Shown piece after piece: positions 17,924 to 29,018 of a stretch of DNA of 64,000 bases; the first letter of the stretch is position 1, and the number at the start of each line of letters is the position of its first letter. Origin of the DNA: Desulfobacterales bacterium (GTDB lineage: Bacteria; Desulfobacterota; Desulfobacteria; Desulfobacterales; UBA5852). Both the position numbers and the translations under genes were made by a program. Below the pieces are notes generated by a model. That model was not told where the DNA came from. It saw nothing but the letters and a program-made list of their open reading frames with translations, and searched no databases. Where the stretch lies: the NCBI GenBank assembly GCA_963674755.2, contig CAXXVS010000002.1, forward strand, positions 864,001 through 928,000, written 5' to 3'.

Positions 17924-19939
17924 ATGCCGGACAATTTGAAAACGATTCTGACCATACCGCGTGCCATCGCCCTGTCCGGGGCGCTTCTCGTGATGCTGCT
18001 CGCTTTTACGTCGACCGCCCCGGCGGACAATGTGCGCACCCGGTATTTCGAGGCCGAAAATGCCTACCAGAAATTGCTGAATACCCCACGGCTGAGTAAG
18101 TACCGCCATCATTGGCTGCGGGTGATCAAGGGGTTTCAGGCAGTCTATGAAGCGGATGCGGAGGGCCCCTGGGCCGCGGCCGGGCTCTATCGGACCGGCC
18201 TGACCTACCTCGAACTCTACCACCGTTCAGGGCTTAAAGCCGACCGCGATGCCGGTTTGGCACGGCTTGATCAGGTGCGCCGCGAATTTTCCGGCAGTGC
18301 CTACCGGGCCAAAGCCGAGGAGCAGCTCAAGGCCTATCCGGATATCAAAATCGCGCCCAGTCCTCCTCCCGCTTCCCCGAAACCCGACAGCGAACGCACC
18401 GCCCGCCAGAAATTCGAACGCGCGGAGGAATGCCATACCCGCCTGCAGCATAATCCGCGCCGCACCAAACATCGCGATGTCTGGCTGGCATGCATCGATC
18501 AATACCGTGGGGCCTATGACGTCGATCCGAAAGGACCGCTGGCGGCCGCAAGCCTTTTTAAAATGGGCGCCCTCTATCAACAACTGGCGGGCTATTCCAA
18601 AAACCGTTCCGACCGCGAAACAGGCGAAACCCATCTGCGCCAACTGATCAGCCGTTTTCCCGGAAGTCCGTACACCCCGATGGCCAAGGCGCTGTTGGGG
18701 GAGCGGAGCGTAACCGTCGCCGCTGACGAAGTGACAGACGCTGAGGCCGGGGACAGCCTTACCGACAGTGACGACGAAGCCGAATCGGTTTTTTCGGTTA
18801 CCGGCCTGCGCTACTGGTCCAACCCCAATTACACGCGCGTGGTCGTGGATACCAGCGGCAAAACACCCTATTTCCACAAGCTCCTCAAAAAAGATCCGCG
18901 GTTGAAGAAGCCCCCCCGGTTGTATGTCGACCTGCAAAGTGCGCGTCTGGCCAATGATTTTCCCAAGGTCGTCGCCATCAACGACGACCTGCTGATGAAC
19001 GCCCGGGCCGGCCAGTTCAAAGCGGACACCGTCCGCGTGGTGGTGGACATCAAATCGTTCAAGACGTACAAGATTTTTTCGCTGATGAACCCCTTTCGCA
19101 TCGTCATCGATGTGTGGGGGGAGGGCGCGGCCGCCCCCCAAGCTACGCTGCCGAAGGCCGCTGTCAAACTGCCGAGCGGCAAGATCCCGCCGGGATCCAT
19201 CGCCCGATCCCTGGCGCTCGGGGTCAGCCGGATCGTTATCGACGCCGGACACGGCGGCAAAGACCCGGGGGCCAAGGGATATTGCCGCAAGGCCCGCGAA
19301 AAGGACATCACCCTGAGCATTGCCAAACGCTTGAAGAAGAAACTGGAGACCCGCCTCGGATGCGAGGTCATCATGACCCGCAGCAGCGACAAATTTCTCA
19401 CCCTGGAAGAACGCACGGCCTTCGCCAATACCAAGGACGCTGATCTGTTCATCTCAATTCATGTCAATGCCCACCGGAACAAATCGGCCTACGGCGTCGA
19501 GACCTATTTTTTGAATCTGGCCACCGACGAAGACGCCATTCGCGTGGCGGCCATGGAAAATGCCACCTCCACCAAAAATATCAGCGATTTGCAAACCATC
19601 CTGATGGATTTGATGCAAAACGCCAAGATCAATGAATCCAGCCGCCTGGCGAGCCATGTCCAGACCCAGATCGTGGGCCATCTCAAACAGCATTACAGCA
19701 GCGTAAGGGACAAGGGCGTCAAACAGGCGCCGTTCTATGTGCTGCTCGGCGCCCAGATGCCGGCAATCCTGGTGGAAACCTCATTTATCAGCAACCCCCG
19801 GGAGTGCAAGCGGCTGATGGATCCAACCTATCAGAATCGCTTGAGCGACGGCATCGTTCTCGGCATCGAAAACTATATCAAGGCCACCAGTCCGACGGCT
19901 TTCCAAAAAAAACCGGCCTCATCGAACCGCCACGGCTGA
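17924..19939 (+). CDS. N-acetylmuramoyl-L-alanine amidase (duplicated TPR-like N-terminus, AMIN, Amidase_3)
   Basis: IDAGHGGKDPG, EKDITL, FISIHVNA and ILVETSFISN motifs; AMIN-like YTRVVVD; signal peptide. Confidence 0.9.
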   Translation: MPDNLKTILTIPRAIALSGALLVMLLAFTSTAPADNVRTRYFEAENAYQKLLNTPRLSKYRHHWLRVIKGFQAVYEADAEGPWAAAGLYRTGLTYLELYHRSGLKADRDAGLARLDQVRREFSGSAYRAKAEEQLKAYPDIKIAPSPPPASPKPDSERTARQKFERAEECHTRLQHNPRRTKHRDVWLACIDQYRGAYDVDPKGPLAAASLFKMGALYQQLAGYSKNRSDRETGETHLRQLISRFPGSPYTPMAKALLGERSVTVAADEVTDAEAGDSLTDSDDEAESVFSVTGLRYWSNPNYTRVVVDTSGKTPYFHKLLKKDPRLKKPPRLYVDLQSARLANDFPKVVAINDDLLMNARAGQFKADTVRVVVDIKSFKTYKIFSLMNPFRIVIDVWGEGAAAPQATLPKAAVKLPSGKIPPGSIARSLALGVSRIVIDAGHGGKDPGAKGYCRKAREKDITLSIAKRLKKKLETRLGCEVIMTRSSDKFLTLEERTAFANTKDADLFISIHVNAHRNKSAYGVETYFLNLATDEDAIRVAAMENATSTKNISDLQTILMDLMQNAKINESSRLASHVQTQIVGHLKQHYSSVRDKGVKQAPFYVLLGAQMPAILVETSFISNPRECKRLMDPTYQNRLSDGIVLGIENYIKATSPTAFQKKPASSNRHG

Positions 19940-20056
19940 TGGACGGCGGCGAAAATGAGGGAACTCCGGAAACGCCACTGACCTGGGAAACCGTTCCCCT
20001 TGATAGGCACCCGTACGGCCCGTCGGCGGATGTCTGTCTGAACTCAGAGGACAACC

Positions 20057-20950
20057 ATGGTGATGCCGAGTAGGGACCAGCCTCCTTTCTCACCCCTGGG
20101 GGCGCTTTCCATCGGCGTCGTGGCGGTATCCACGGGCGCTATTTTCGTGCGCATGGCCGATGCGCCGGCCTTGGTGACAGCGGCCTATCGGGTCGGTATC
20201 GCCGCTCTTGTGCTCCTGCCCCTGGCGTGGGTCAAGTGTCGGGAAGAACTTGTCGCCCTGAGCCATCGGGATTTGGGGCTGGCGGTAGCCGCCGGGGCCT
20301 TTCTGGCACTGCATTTTGCCACCTGGATTGCATCGCTTGACAATACCTCGGTTGCGGCCAGCGTCATCCTGGTGAACACCAACCCGATTTGGGTGGGGCT
20401 TCTGGCCCCTTTGCTGACCAGCGACCGTATCCCGCCTGGAACGGTCGTGTGCATTCTGCTGAGTGTCCTGGGGGCCACCATCATCGGGTGGGGGGATTTT
20501 GCCGTTGGCGGACCTGCGTTGTGGGGCGATGCCCTGGCCCTGATGGGGGGGATTTTTGCCGCCGTTTACCTGTTGCTGGGCCGTAAGCTGCGCCGCCGCC
20601 TCAGCCTGTTAGGCTATGTCATTTTGTGCTATGGCAGTGCGGCCGTTTTTCTATGGGCGGCCGTCCTCGTCAGCGGTCAGAGAATCACCGGATTCAGTGC
20701 GGCGACCTGGGGGGCGTTCGGCGGCATGGCGCTTTTTTCCCAGCTCGTCGGCCATACGAGCTACAACTGGGCTCTGAAGTGGGTCCGCACCAGCACGGTG
20801 GCTGTCAGTCTGCTGGGAGAACCCATCGGGGCGAGCATTCTGGCCTATCTTTTATTCAACGAAGCGCTGACCGGCGCCAAATTCATCGGCGGGGGGCTGA
20901 TTCTCCTGGCTATCTATCTGGCCGCGCGCCTGGAAGGCCGGACGTGTTGA
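20057..20950 (+). CDS. EamA/DMT family transporter
   Basis: About 10 TM segments; FLALHFATWIASL and LGEPIGA motifs. Confidence 0.88.
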   Translation: MVMPSRDQPPFSPLGALSIGVVAVSTGAIFVRMADAPALVTAAYRVGIAALVLLPLAWVKCREELVALSHRDLGLAVAAGAFLALHFATWIASLDNTSVAASVILVNTNPIWVGLLAPLLTSDRIPPGTVVCILLSVLGATIIGWGDFAVGGPALWGDALALMGGIFAAVYLLLGRKLRRRLSLLGYVILCYGSAAVFLWAAVLVSGQRITGFSAATWGAFGGMALFSQLVGHTSYNWALKWVRTSTVAVSLLGEPIGASILAYLLFNEALTGAKFIGGGLILLAIYLAARLEGRTC

Positions 20951-21105
20951 AGCCCATGTCGGTTGGCGAACATTTGGCCAACAGCCCGCCACCACCCCAT
21001 ACAAATTTCGGGAGCTGCCGCGAAGCCTGAAACACCGCAAGACGAAGGGCCTTTCAACGCAGATGCCGCAGATTTAATGACTCATAACCAAACAGGAGGA
21101 GACGC

Positions 21106-21900
21106 ATGACCTACAGCAACATCACCTTCGACGTCCAGGACAGGCTGGCCATCGTGACGTTCAACCGCCCCAAGGCGCTGAATGCCCTCAATCGCGCGTT
21201 GCTGGATGAATTCGCCCAAGCCCTCGATCAGGTCGAGGCCAGCGAAGAGATCCGCGTTCTGGTGCTCACCGGGAGCGGTGACAAGGCCTTTGTGGCCGGG
21301 GCCGACATCACCGAGATCAATCAGTTGGGACCGTTGGGGGCCAAGCAATTTGCCCGCCGGGGCATGGATACCATCAATCGACTGACCCAGTTGCCCATTC
21401 CGGTCATTGCGGCGGTCAACGGCTACGCCTTGGGGGGCGGCACGGAAATGGCCCTGGCCTGCGATTTCGTCTATGCGGCCGAGACGGCCCAGTTCGGACT
21501 GCCGGAAATCACCCTGGGTATCATTCCGGGGTTCGGCGGAACCCAACGGCTGTCCCGCCTCATCGGAGCCAACATGGCCCGGGAAATGATCTATACCGGC
21601 AAGATGATCGCTGCGGCCGAAGCCCTGCGTCTGGGAATCGTCAACAAGGTTTGCGCACCGGACCAATTGATGGCCGATGTTGAGAAGACGGTTGCCGCCA
21701 TCGCCCAAAAGGGGCGTGTGGCCCTGCGGGCCGCCAAACAGGCCATCAACAACGGACTGAATGTCGATCTGGCATCGGGCCTGGCTTTGGAAAACGATGC
21801 CTTTGCCCTTTGCCTGGCCAGTCCCGATGCCTATGAGGGCACGAGCGCCTTCCTGGAAAAACGCAAGGCGGACTTTACGGGAACCTTGAACGACGGCTAA
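21106..21900 (+). CDS. Enoyl-CoA hydratase (crotonase)
   Basis: NRPKALNAL, AFVAGADI, NGYALGGGTE and PEITLGIIPGFGGTQRL motifs; both catalytic Glu present. Confidence 0.92.
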   Translation: MTYSNITFDVQDRLAIVTFNRPKALNALNRALLDEFAQALDQVEASEEIRVLVLTGSGDKAFVAGADITEINQLGPLGAKQFARRGMDTINRLTQLPIPVIAAVNGYALGGGTEMALACDFVYAAETAQFGLPEITLGIIPGFGGTQRLSRLIGANMAREMIYTGKMIAAAEALRLGIVNKVCAPDQLMADVEKTVAAIAQKGRVALRAAKQAINNGLNVDLASGLALENDAFALCLASPDAYEGTSAFLEKRKADFTGTLNDG

Positions 21901-22025
21901 AGCCGTCCATCGGTATGGATGAACCGGCTGTGGCCCAAGGCCGCGGCCGGCCTGCCATTGCGGCTAAAGCGCGCGTAATACCCCGGTAACAGCGGGCAAA
22001 CCAGCTAATCCCGGGCGCTTTTCGC

Positions 22026-22054
22026 TTGACAGGCGCAATGACATCCGCTATGCA
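22026..22054 (+). promoter_or_regulatory. sigma70 promoter of the paaK leader
   Basis: TTGACA-N17-TATGCA about 30 nt upstream of the leader ATG. Confidence 0.65.
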
Positions 22055-22086
22055 GACAAAAACACTTCATCAGCCGGACACAATCC

Positions 22087-22173
22087 ATGATGAACGCGCG
22101 TATCTACTTTTATTTTTTTGGCTTTTGCGGGGGCTTTCACTTTAGGAAGTCCACCCGTGAGCCGTCATCGTAG
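22087..22173 (+). CDS. Phe/Tyr-rich attenuator leader peptide (28 aa)
   Basis: MMNARIYFYFFGFCGGFHFRKSTREPSS*; 6 Phe (all TTT) and 2 Tyr within 13 codons. Confidence 0.8.
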   Translation: MMNARIYFYFFGFCGGFHFRKSTREPSS

Positions 22174-22196
22174 ATACCGCCGACAACACGATTGAC

Positions 22197-22241
22197 AAGA
22201 CCATGGGGGGACGAAAGAAACCAACCCATGGTCTTTTTTTT
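22197..22241 (+). terminator. Intrinsic terminator of the attenuator
   Basis: 11-bp stem AAGACCATGGG/CCCATGGTCTT running into a T8 tract, between the leader peptide and paaK. Confidence 0.85.
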
Positions 22242-22358
22242 GGGCTGCGGGTTGCCGACCTGGCAGCTTTTTTTACGGCCGCGCCATTGGTTAACGCCCG
22301 CGCCGATGCGACATCGCTATGTTGATCTCTGATGGGTCTGAAAAGGAGGAAGACGTCC

Positions 22359-23660
<1,302 letters not shown>

Positions 23661-23670
23661 GGAGGCAACC

Positions 23671-24102
23671 ATGCGAGCAGAACAGATATCTGTTTTTTTG
23701 GAAAACAAGGCCGGCCGGTTATGCGAGGTAACGGGCGTGCTGGCCGAAGCCCAGGTCAATATTCGCGCCCTGGCCCTGGCCGACACGTCGGATTTCGGCG
23801 TGCTGCGGTTGATTGTAGACCAAGCTGAAAAGGCCAAGGAAGCCCTTAAAAAAGCCGGATTCACCGTGGGCAAGACCAACGTATTGGCTGTGGAAGTACC
23901 CGACCGCCCCGGCGGATTGTACGAAATTCTCAACCTTCTTCAGACCAACAACATCAACGTGGAATATATGTACGCCTTCGTCCAGCAGAGCGGCAGCAAT
24001 GCCGTTATGATATTCCGCTTCGACAATACGGACGAAGCGCTCCGGGTCATTCAGCAAAACGGGTTGCGGGTGATCGACGGACAGACCCTTTACGGCATGT
24101 AG
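23671..24102 (+). CDS. Tandem ACT-domain (amino acid-binding) protein
   Basis: QISVFLENKAGRL, PDRPGGL and NVEYMYAF motifs, typical of the paaK partner; GGAGG RBS. Confidence 0.88.
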   Translation: MRAEQISVFLENKAGRLCEVTGVLAEAQVNIRALALADTSDFGVLRLIVDQAEKAKEALKKAGFTVGKTNVLAVEVPDRPGGLYEILNLLQTNNINVEYMYAFVQQSGSNAVMIFRFDNTDEALRVIQQNGLRVIDGQTLYGM

Positions 24103-24240
24103 AACCTGCCGCCTAAGCAGCAGCGCGCCCGACGCGATTACGACTGGGCGATGGATCTCTTGCGAGGCCTGCAGGTAAAAATGGCATTCAACGGCTGGCG
24201 GAAGAAAAGGACCGGCCACATCCAAACAAGGGGAGGAGAC

Positions 24241-25392
24241 ATGGCACATCGAAGTGTTAAGTTCGTGATAGCTGTCCTGATCATCAGTTTGGTTGCGATT
24301 CCGGCCGCAATGGCCGAATCCGTCAAAATCGGTGCGATTCTGGCGGTCACCGGGCCGGCATCCTTTCTCGGTGGTCCGGAGGCACGGACCCTTGAAATGC
24401 TGGTGGAGCAAACCAATGCTGCCGGGGGCATCAACGGCATGCCGGTCGAGTTGATCATCAAGGATTCCGGTGCCAATCCGGAAAAAGCGATTTCCTTTGC
24501 CAAACAACTCATCGAAGAAGACCAGGTGGCCGTCGTGTTGGGTCCCACAACCTCCGGTGAGACCATGAAAGTCAAGAAGATCTTCGAGCAGGCCCAGACG
24601 CCGCTGATTTCCTGTGCCGCAGCCGAGGTGATCGTCAATCCGGTGGCACAATACGTTTTCAAGACCCCCCAGAAAGACTCCTTTGCCGCCCAGAAAATCT
24701 TTCAGACCATGAAGGCCATGGGCATTTCCAAAATTGCCGTTCTGGCGGGCAATACCGGCTTCGGCAAAGCCGGCCGCCAGCAACTGCTCAAACTCGCGCC
24801 TGAAATGGGCATCCAAGTGGTCGAAGATGAAGTTTACGACAAGGGCTCCAAGGATTTATCGGCCGTGGTGGCCAAGCTCAAAGCCAACCCGGATGTCCAG
24901 GCAGTGGTCAACTGGTCCATCGTCCCGGCCCAGGCCATCGTGGCCAAGAATATGCGCCAGGCCGGATGGGACGTGCCCCTGTTTCAGAGCCACGGATTCG
25001 GCAATATCAAATATGTCGAAACCGCGGGGGCGGCGGCCGAAGGCATCATCTTCCCGGCCGGTCGGCTGCTGGTTGCCGATCAACTGCCGGCGAGCAACCC
25101 CCAGAAAGCCCTGCTGATGGATTACATCGCCGCCTATGAAGGCCGTTACAAGGAAGCGGTCTCGACCTTCGGCGGACACGCTTACGATGCTTTCATCATC
25201 GCCAAGACCGCCATCGAAAAGGCCGGTACGGACAAGGCCAAAATCCGGGAAGCGATCGAAAACATCAAAGATCTGCCGGGCACCGGCGGCGTGTTCAGCT
25301 TTTCGGCGGAGGACCACAACGGTCTGGATATCGACTCCTTCGAGATGATCACCGTAAAGGACGGCAAGTTCGTTCCGTACAAGGGGATGTAA
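24241..25392 (+). CDS. Liv-type ABC transporter substrate-binding protein
   Basis: Signal peptide; VKIGAILAVTGPASFLG and AAGGING motifs; GGAGG RBS. Confidence 0.9.
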   Translation: MAHRSVKFVIAVLIISLVAIPAAMAESVKIGAILAVTGPASFLGGPEARTLEMLVEQTNAAGGINGMPVELIIKDSGANPEKAISFAKQLIEEDQVAVVLGPTTSGETMKVKKIFEQAQTPLISCAAAEVIVNPVAQYVFKTPQKDSFAAQKIFQTMKAMGISKIAVLAGNTGFGKAGRQQLLKLAPEMGIQVVEDEVYDKGSKDLSAVVAKLKANPDVQAVVNWSIVPAQAIVAKNMRQAGWDVPLFQSHGFGNIKYVETAGAAAEGIIFPAGRLLVADQLPASNPQKALLMDYIAAYEGRYKEAVSTFGGHAYDAFIIAKTAIEKAGTDKAKIREAIENIKDLPGTGGVFSFSAEDHNGLDIDSFEMITVKDGKFVPYKGM

Positions 25393-25437
25393 TCCGCCAA
25401 GCGGCGGTCTTTAAAAGGGCCGTCCTGTCGTATGGAT

Positions 25438-25497
25438 AGGGGCCGGGAGTGGCCGGCCCCTTTGCTGCTTTTGCAAGCCCCCGGACGAGGCTTTTTT
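25438..25497 (+). terminator. Hairpin plus weak terminator after the binding-protein gene
   Basis: AGGGGCCGG/CCGGCCCCT stem, then AAGCC..GGCTT with T tract. Confidence 0.5.
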
Positions 25498-25531
25498 GTC
25501 CGGCGTTTGCGCAACGCTATCGGCTGCCCCC

Positions 25532-26422
25532 ATGACCGCTGAACTGTTCATCCAGTATCTCTTCGCCGGCATTACCTATGGTGCGATCTACGCCATCGTG
25601 GCCATCGGTTTCAATATCATTTACAACACCACCGGCATCATCAATTTCGCCCAGGGTGAGTTTGTCATGCTGGGCGGCATGATCTCAATTTCACTTTTGC
25701 CCTATATGCCGCTTTGGATCGCGATTGCCATTGCCGTGGTCGTGACGATGGTTTGCGGAGGGCTGATAGAAATCTGCTTCATCCGTTGGCTGGAGAATCC
25801 GGGGGTTTTGCGGATGGTTATCATCACCATCGGATTATCCATCCTGATCCGCGAAGCCGCCCTGCATATCTGGGGCGAGTCCATCCGTTCGCTGCCCTAT
25901 TTTATCGGCGACGAAATCACCACCGTAGCTATTTTAGGCGCACGGATTTCTCCTCAAGTGCTATGGGTCATCGGCGCCTGCGGGTTGATGGTGCTTTTCC
26001 TGAGCGTTTTCTTCCAAACCACTTCGGCCGGAAGGCAGATGCGGGCCTGCGCGGCCAATCGCAAGGCAGCCCTTCTATGCGGGATCAACACCCGCAATAT
26101 GGTCACCCTGTCTTTCATGCTCAGCGCCGGTATCGGGGCCCTGGCCGGATGCGTCATGTCACCCATTACTTCCACCCAATACGATATCGGAACGGGCCTG
26201 GCGATCAAGGGCTTTACCGTGGCGATCCTGGGAGGGTTGGGCAACTCCATGGCGGCCGTAGGCGCCGGGCTGGTGCTTGGCATTCTGGAAGCCTTCTCCA
26301 TTTCGGTGGTCCCCCTGGCCTTCAAGGATGCCATTGCGATCTTTATTTTGCTGCTGATTCTTTTTGTGCGCCCTTACGGTCTTTTCGGCTCGCGCATGGT
26401 GGCCGGATTGAAGGAGTTTTGA
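25532..26422 (+). CDS. Liv-type ABC permease (LivH-like)
   Basis: IINFAQGEFVMLG, GRQMRA and ILGGLG motifs. Confidence 0.9.
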   Translation: MTAELFIQYLFAGITYGAIYAIVAIGFNIIYNTTGIINFAQGEFVMLGGMISISLLPYMPLWIAIAIAVVVTMVCGGLIEICFIRWLENPGVLRMVIITIGLSILIREAALHIWGESIRSLPYFIGDEITTVAILGARISPQVLWVIGACGLMVLFLSVFFQTTSAGRQMRACAANRKAALLCGINTRNMVTLSFMLSAGIGALAGCVMSPITSTQYDIGTGLAIKGFTVAILGGLGNSMAAVGAGLVLGILEAFSISVVPLAFKDAIAIFILLLILFVRPYGLFGSRMVAGLKEF

Positions 26423-26424
26423 CG

Positions 26425-27507
26425 ATGAAGAAAATGCTCCCCCTGGCAGTGTTGCTTCTCATCGTCGTTACCGTCCAACAAATCACCGCCTGGAGCGACA
26501 CCCGTTTCTACCTCACCCAATTGACCATGGCAGCCTACTACGCTTTGCTGATCATCGGGCTGTGTGTCGTGATGGGGTACGCCGGTCAGATCTCCCTTGG
26601 CCATGCCGGTTTTTTCGCCATCGGCGGGTATCTGTCCGCCGCGTTGACCACACGGAATCTGGTGGCTTACAGCGGCAGCGGATTCATCAAAGCCCTCGAT
26701 GCGCTAGGCCTGCTGGTGGCTGGCCAGGATATTTACGGTGACGCCCTCCTGGTAGTCAACCCATGGGCGGCCTGTATCGTGGCGGTATTGACCGCGGGCA
26801 TCATTGCCTGGATGCTGGGCATACCGGTACTCAAACTCAAGGGGCATTACCTGGCCATGGCAACCCTGGGATTCGGAATCATCGTCTACCGCATCGTGCT
26901 GGCCAGCGCTTACTTCGGCGAAGCGGACGGTATCTCCGAAGTGCCGGCCTTCCCCCTGATCTTCGGTCTCAGGGTGAGCGGCGATTTCGGGGCCCGGGAG
27001 CAAAACTATTACATCGCCTGGGGGTTGCTCATCATTGGCATGGTCCTGCTGCGGAACCTGATCGACAGCCGGGTGGGCCGGGCGTTACGTTCGATTCACG
27101 GATCCGAGGAGGCGGCCGATTCGGTGGGCGTCAACACGGCGCGCTTCAAATTGCAGGTGTTCGTGCTGTCGGCGGTTTTTGCCGCCCTGGCCGGCGTCTT
27201 CATGACCCATTACAACGGCGGCATCGGACCGTCTGAGGCCGGGGTTATGAAATCCGTACGTTATGTGGCTATTGTGGCGGTGGGGGGCATGGCCCATCTC
27301 TGGGGGGCCCTGATCATGGGGATCGTTCTCAATTTTCTATCCCTCAGGGGAGTTTTCGGCTCCTACGACGACGCGGTGTTCGGGGCGATTCTGATTGCCA
27401 TCATGCTGTTTGCGCCCAACGGTATTCTAAGCCTGAACTGGCGCGGAACCCTGGGGGGGCTGCTGAGGCTGCCCGGCCGGCGACAGGACGCGGGGAGGGG
27501 AGCCTGA
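26425..27507 (+). CDS. Liv-type ABC permease (LivM-like)
   Basis: GYAGQISLGHAGFFAIGGY, LKGHYLAMATLGF and SRVGRAL motifs; start reassigned to MKKML. Confidence 0.9.
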   Translation: MKKMLPLAVLLLIVVTVQQITAWSDTRFYLTQLTMAAYYALLIIGLCVVMGYAGQISLGHAGFFAIGGYLSAALTTRNLVAYSGSGFIKALDALGLLVAGQDIYGDALLVVNPWAACIVAVLTAGIIAWMLGIPVLKLKGHYLAMATLGFGIIVYRIVLASAYFGEADGISEVPAFPLIFGLRVSGDFGAREQNYYIAWGLLIIGMVLLRNLIDSRVGRALRSIHGSEEAADSVGVNTARFKLQVFVLSAVFAALAGVFMTHYNGGIGPSEAGVMKSVRYVAIVAVGGMAHLWGALIMGIVLNFLSLRGVFGSYDDAVFGAILIAIMLFAPNGILSLNWRGTLGGLLRLPGRRQDAGRGA

Positions 27508-28262
27508 TGGCGCTGCTCGAAGTATCCCACCTGCACAAGAAATTCGGCGGCCTGCATGCGGTCAACGACGTCTCTTTTGCTGTCGAGAAGGGGATCATCA
27601 AATCCGTCATCGGACCCAACGGGGCCGGCAAGACGACCCTCTTCAACCTTATTACGGGCGCCCTCACGGCCACTTCCGGGCAGGTGGCCTTCGACGGCCA
27701 GGATATCCAGGGGCGCAAGCCGCACCAGATCGCGGCCTGCGGGATCGCGCGGACTTTTCAGAATATCAAGCTCTTTCACGACATGACTGCCCTGGAAAAT
27801 GTCATGGTAGGGCGTCACCTGCGCAGCCGGGCCGGCTTTGTGGCCTCCATGCTGCACATGCCCTGGACGTTTAAAGAAGAAAGGGCCATCCGGGATAAAT
27901 CCATCGCGTTACTCGAATTGCTGGAGATCGCGGCTTATGCCGACGTGGACGCCGCCAGTCTGGCGTTCGGTCAGCAGCGGGCCGTCGAGTTTGCCCGCGC
28001 TCTGGCGCTGGAACCGACTCTGCTGCTGCTGGATGAGCCGGCCGCCGGACTGAATATGCAGGAAACCGTCGAAATCGGCCGGTTGATCACCAGGATCCGG
28101 GATCTCGGCATTACCGTCCTGCTTGTGGAACACGATATGTCTCTGGTAATGGATATATCCGATGAAATCGTGGTGCTGAGCTTTGGCCAGAAAATTGCCG
28201 ACGATGTCCCCACGGCCATCCAGAACCATTCGGAAGTGATCAAGGTCTACCTTGGTGCTTAG
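27507..28262 (+). CDS. Liv-type ABC ATPase (LivG-like)
   Basis: [25 protein letters not shown] and VEHDM motifs. Confidence 0.92.
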   Translation: MALLEVSHLHKKFGGLHAVNDVSFAVEKGIIKSVIGPNGAGKTTLFNLITGALTATSGQVAFDGQDIQGRKPHQIAACGIARTFQNIKLFHDMTALENVMVGRHLRSRAGFVASMLHMPWTFKEERAIRDKSIALLELLEIAAYADVDAASLAFGQQRAVEFARALALEPTLLLLDEPAAGLNMQETVEIGRLITRIRDLGITVLLVEHDMSLVMDISDEIVVLSFGQKIADDVPTAIQNHSEVIKVYLGA

Positions 28263-28277
28263 GAATCCGGCCGCGTT

Positions 28278-29018
28278 ATGTTGAAGATCCGCAATCTCCA
28301 GTCCGGCTATGGCAAGCTGAAGGTCCTCAAGAACGTCTCCATGCACGTGGAAGAGGGGGAGATCGTCACCATTATCGGGGCCAACGGAGCGGGCAAGACC
28401 ACCTTGCTGTCCACCATCGCCGGTCTGATCCGTGCCACTTCAGGGGAGATGGTGTTCAAGGGGCGGAACATCGACGGGATGGCGCCCCAGAAGATTCCCG
28501 CCCTGGGCTGTGTCATGGTTCCCGAAGGCCGACAGGTATTCGCCCCCCTTTCCGTCGAGGAGAACTTGATCCTGGGGGGGCACATCTTAAAGAAAGAGGG
28601 ACGTCCGACGCTGGAGCGGCAACTGGAAACGCAGTATGCTCTGTTTCCCATTTTAAAGGAACGCCGGAACCAGTATGCCGGTACGCTTTCCGGTGGTGAG
28701 CAGCAGATGCTGGCCATGGCCCGTGCGTTGATGTCCAAACCGGCGCTGATCATGATGGACGAGCCGTCCACCGGACTGGCGCCGCTCATCGTACAGGATA
28801 TTTTCAGGGTCATCGTCCAGTTGCGCGACGAGGGCAAAACCGTGCTGCTGGTGGAACAGAATGCCAAGGCGGCGCTCCAGGTGGCGGATCGGGGCTACGT
28901 GTTTGAAACCGGCCAAGTGGTTCTGCAGGGCAGCGCCCCTGAACTGCTGGAAGATGAAGAAGTCAAACGGGCTTATCTTGGAAAGGATTACGGAGAATTC
29001 TATGATGGAAAAGCCTGA
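28278..29018 (+). CDS. Liv-type ABC ATPase (LivF-like)
   Basis: GANGAGKTT, VPEGR, LSGGEQQM and VEQN motifs. Confidence 0.92.
   Translation: MLKIRNLQSGYGKLKVLKNVSMHVEEGEIVTIIGANGAGKTTLLSTIAGLIRATSGEMVFKGRNIDGMAPQKIPALGCVMVPEGRQVFAPLSVEENLILGGHILKKEGRPTLERQLETQYALFPILKERRNQYAGTLSGGEQQMLAMARALMSKPALIMMDEPSTGLAPLIVQDIFRVIVQLRDEGKTVLLVEQNAKAALQVADRGYVFETGQVVLQGSAPELLEDEEVKRAYLGKDYGEFYDGKA

Noticed and set aside
22060..22245. T-box or metabolite riboswitch as explanation of the paaK leader
   Set aside because: No T-box consensus before the terminator; the Phe-rich uORF and alternative helices explain the region better
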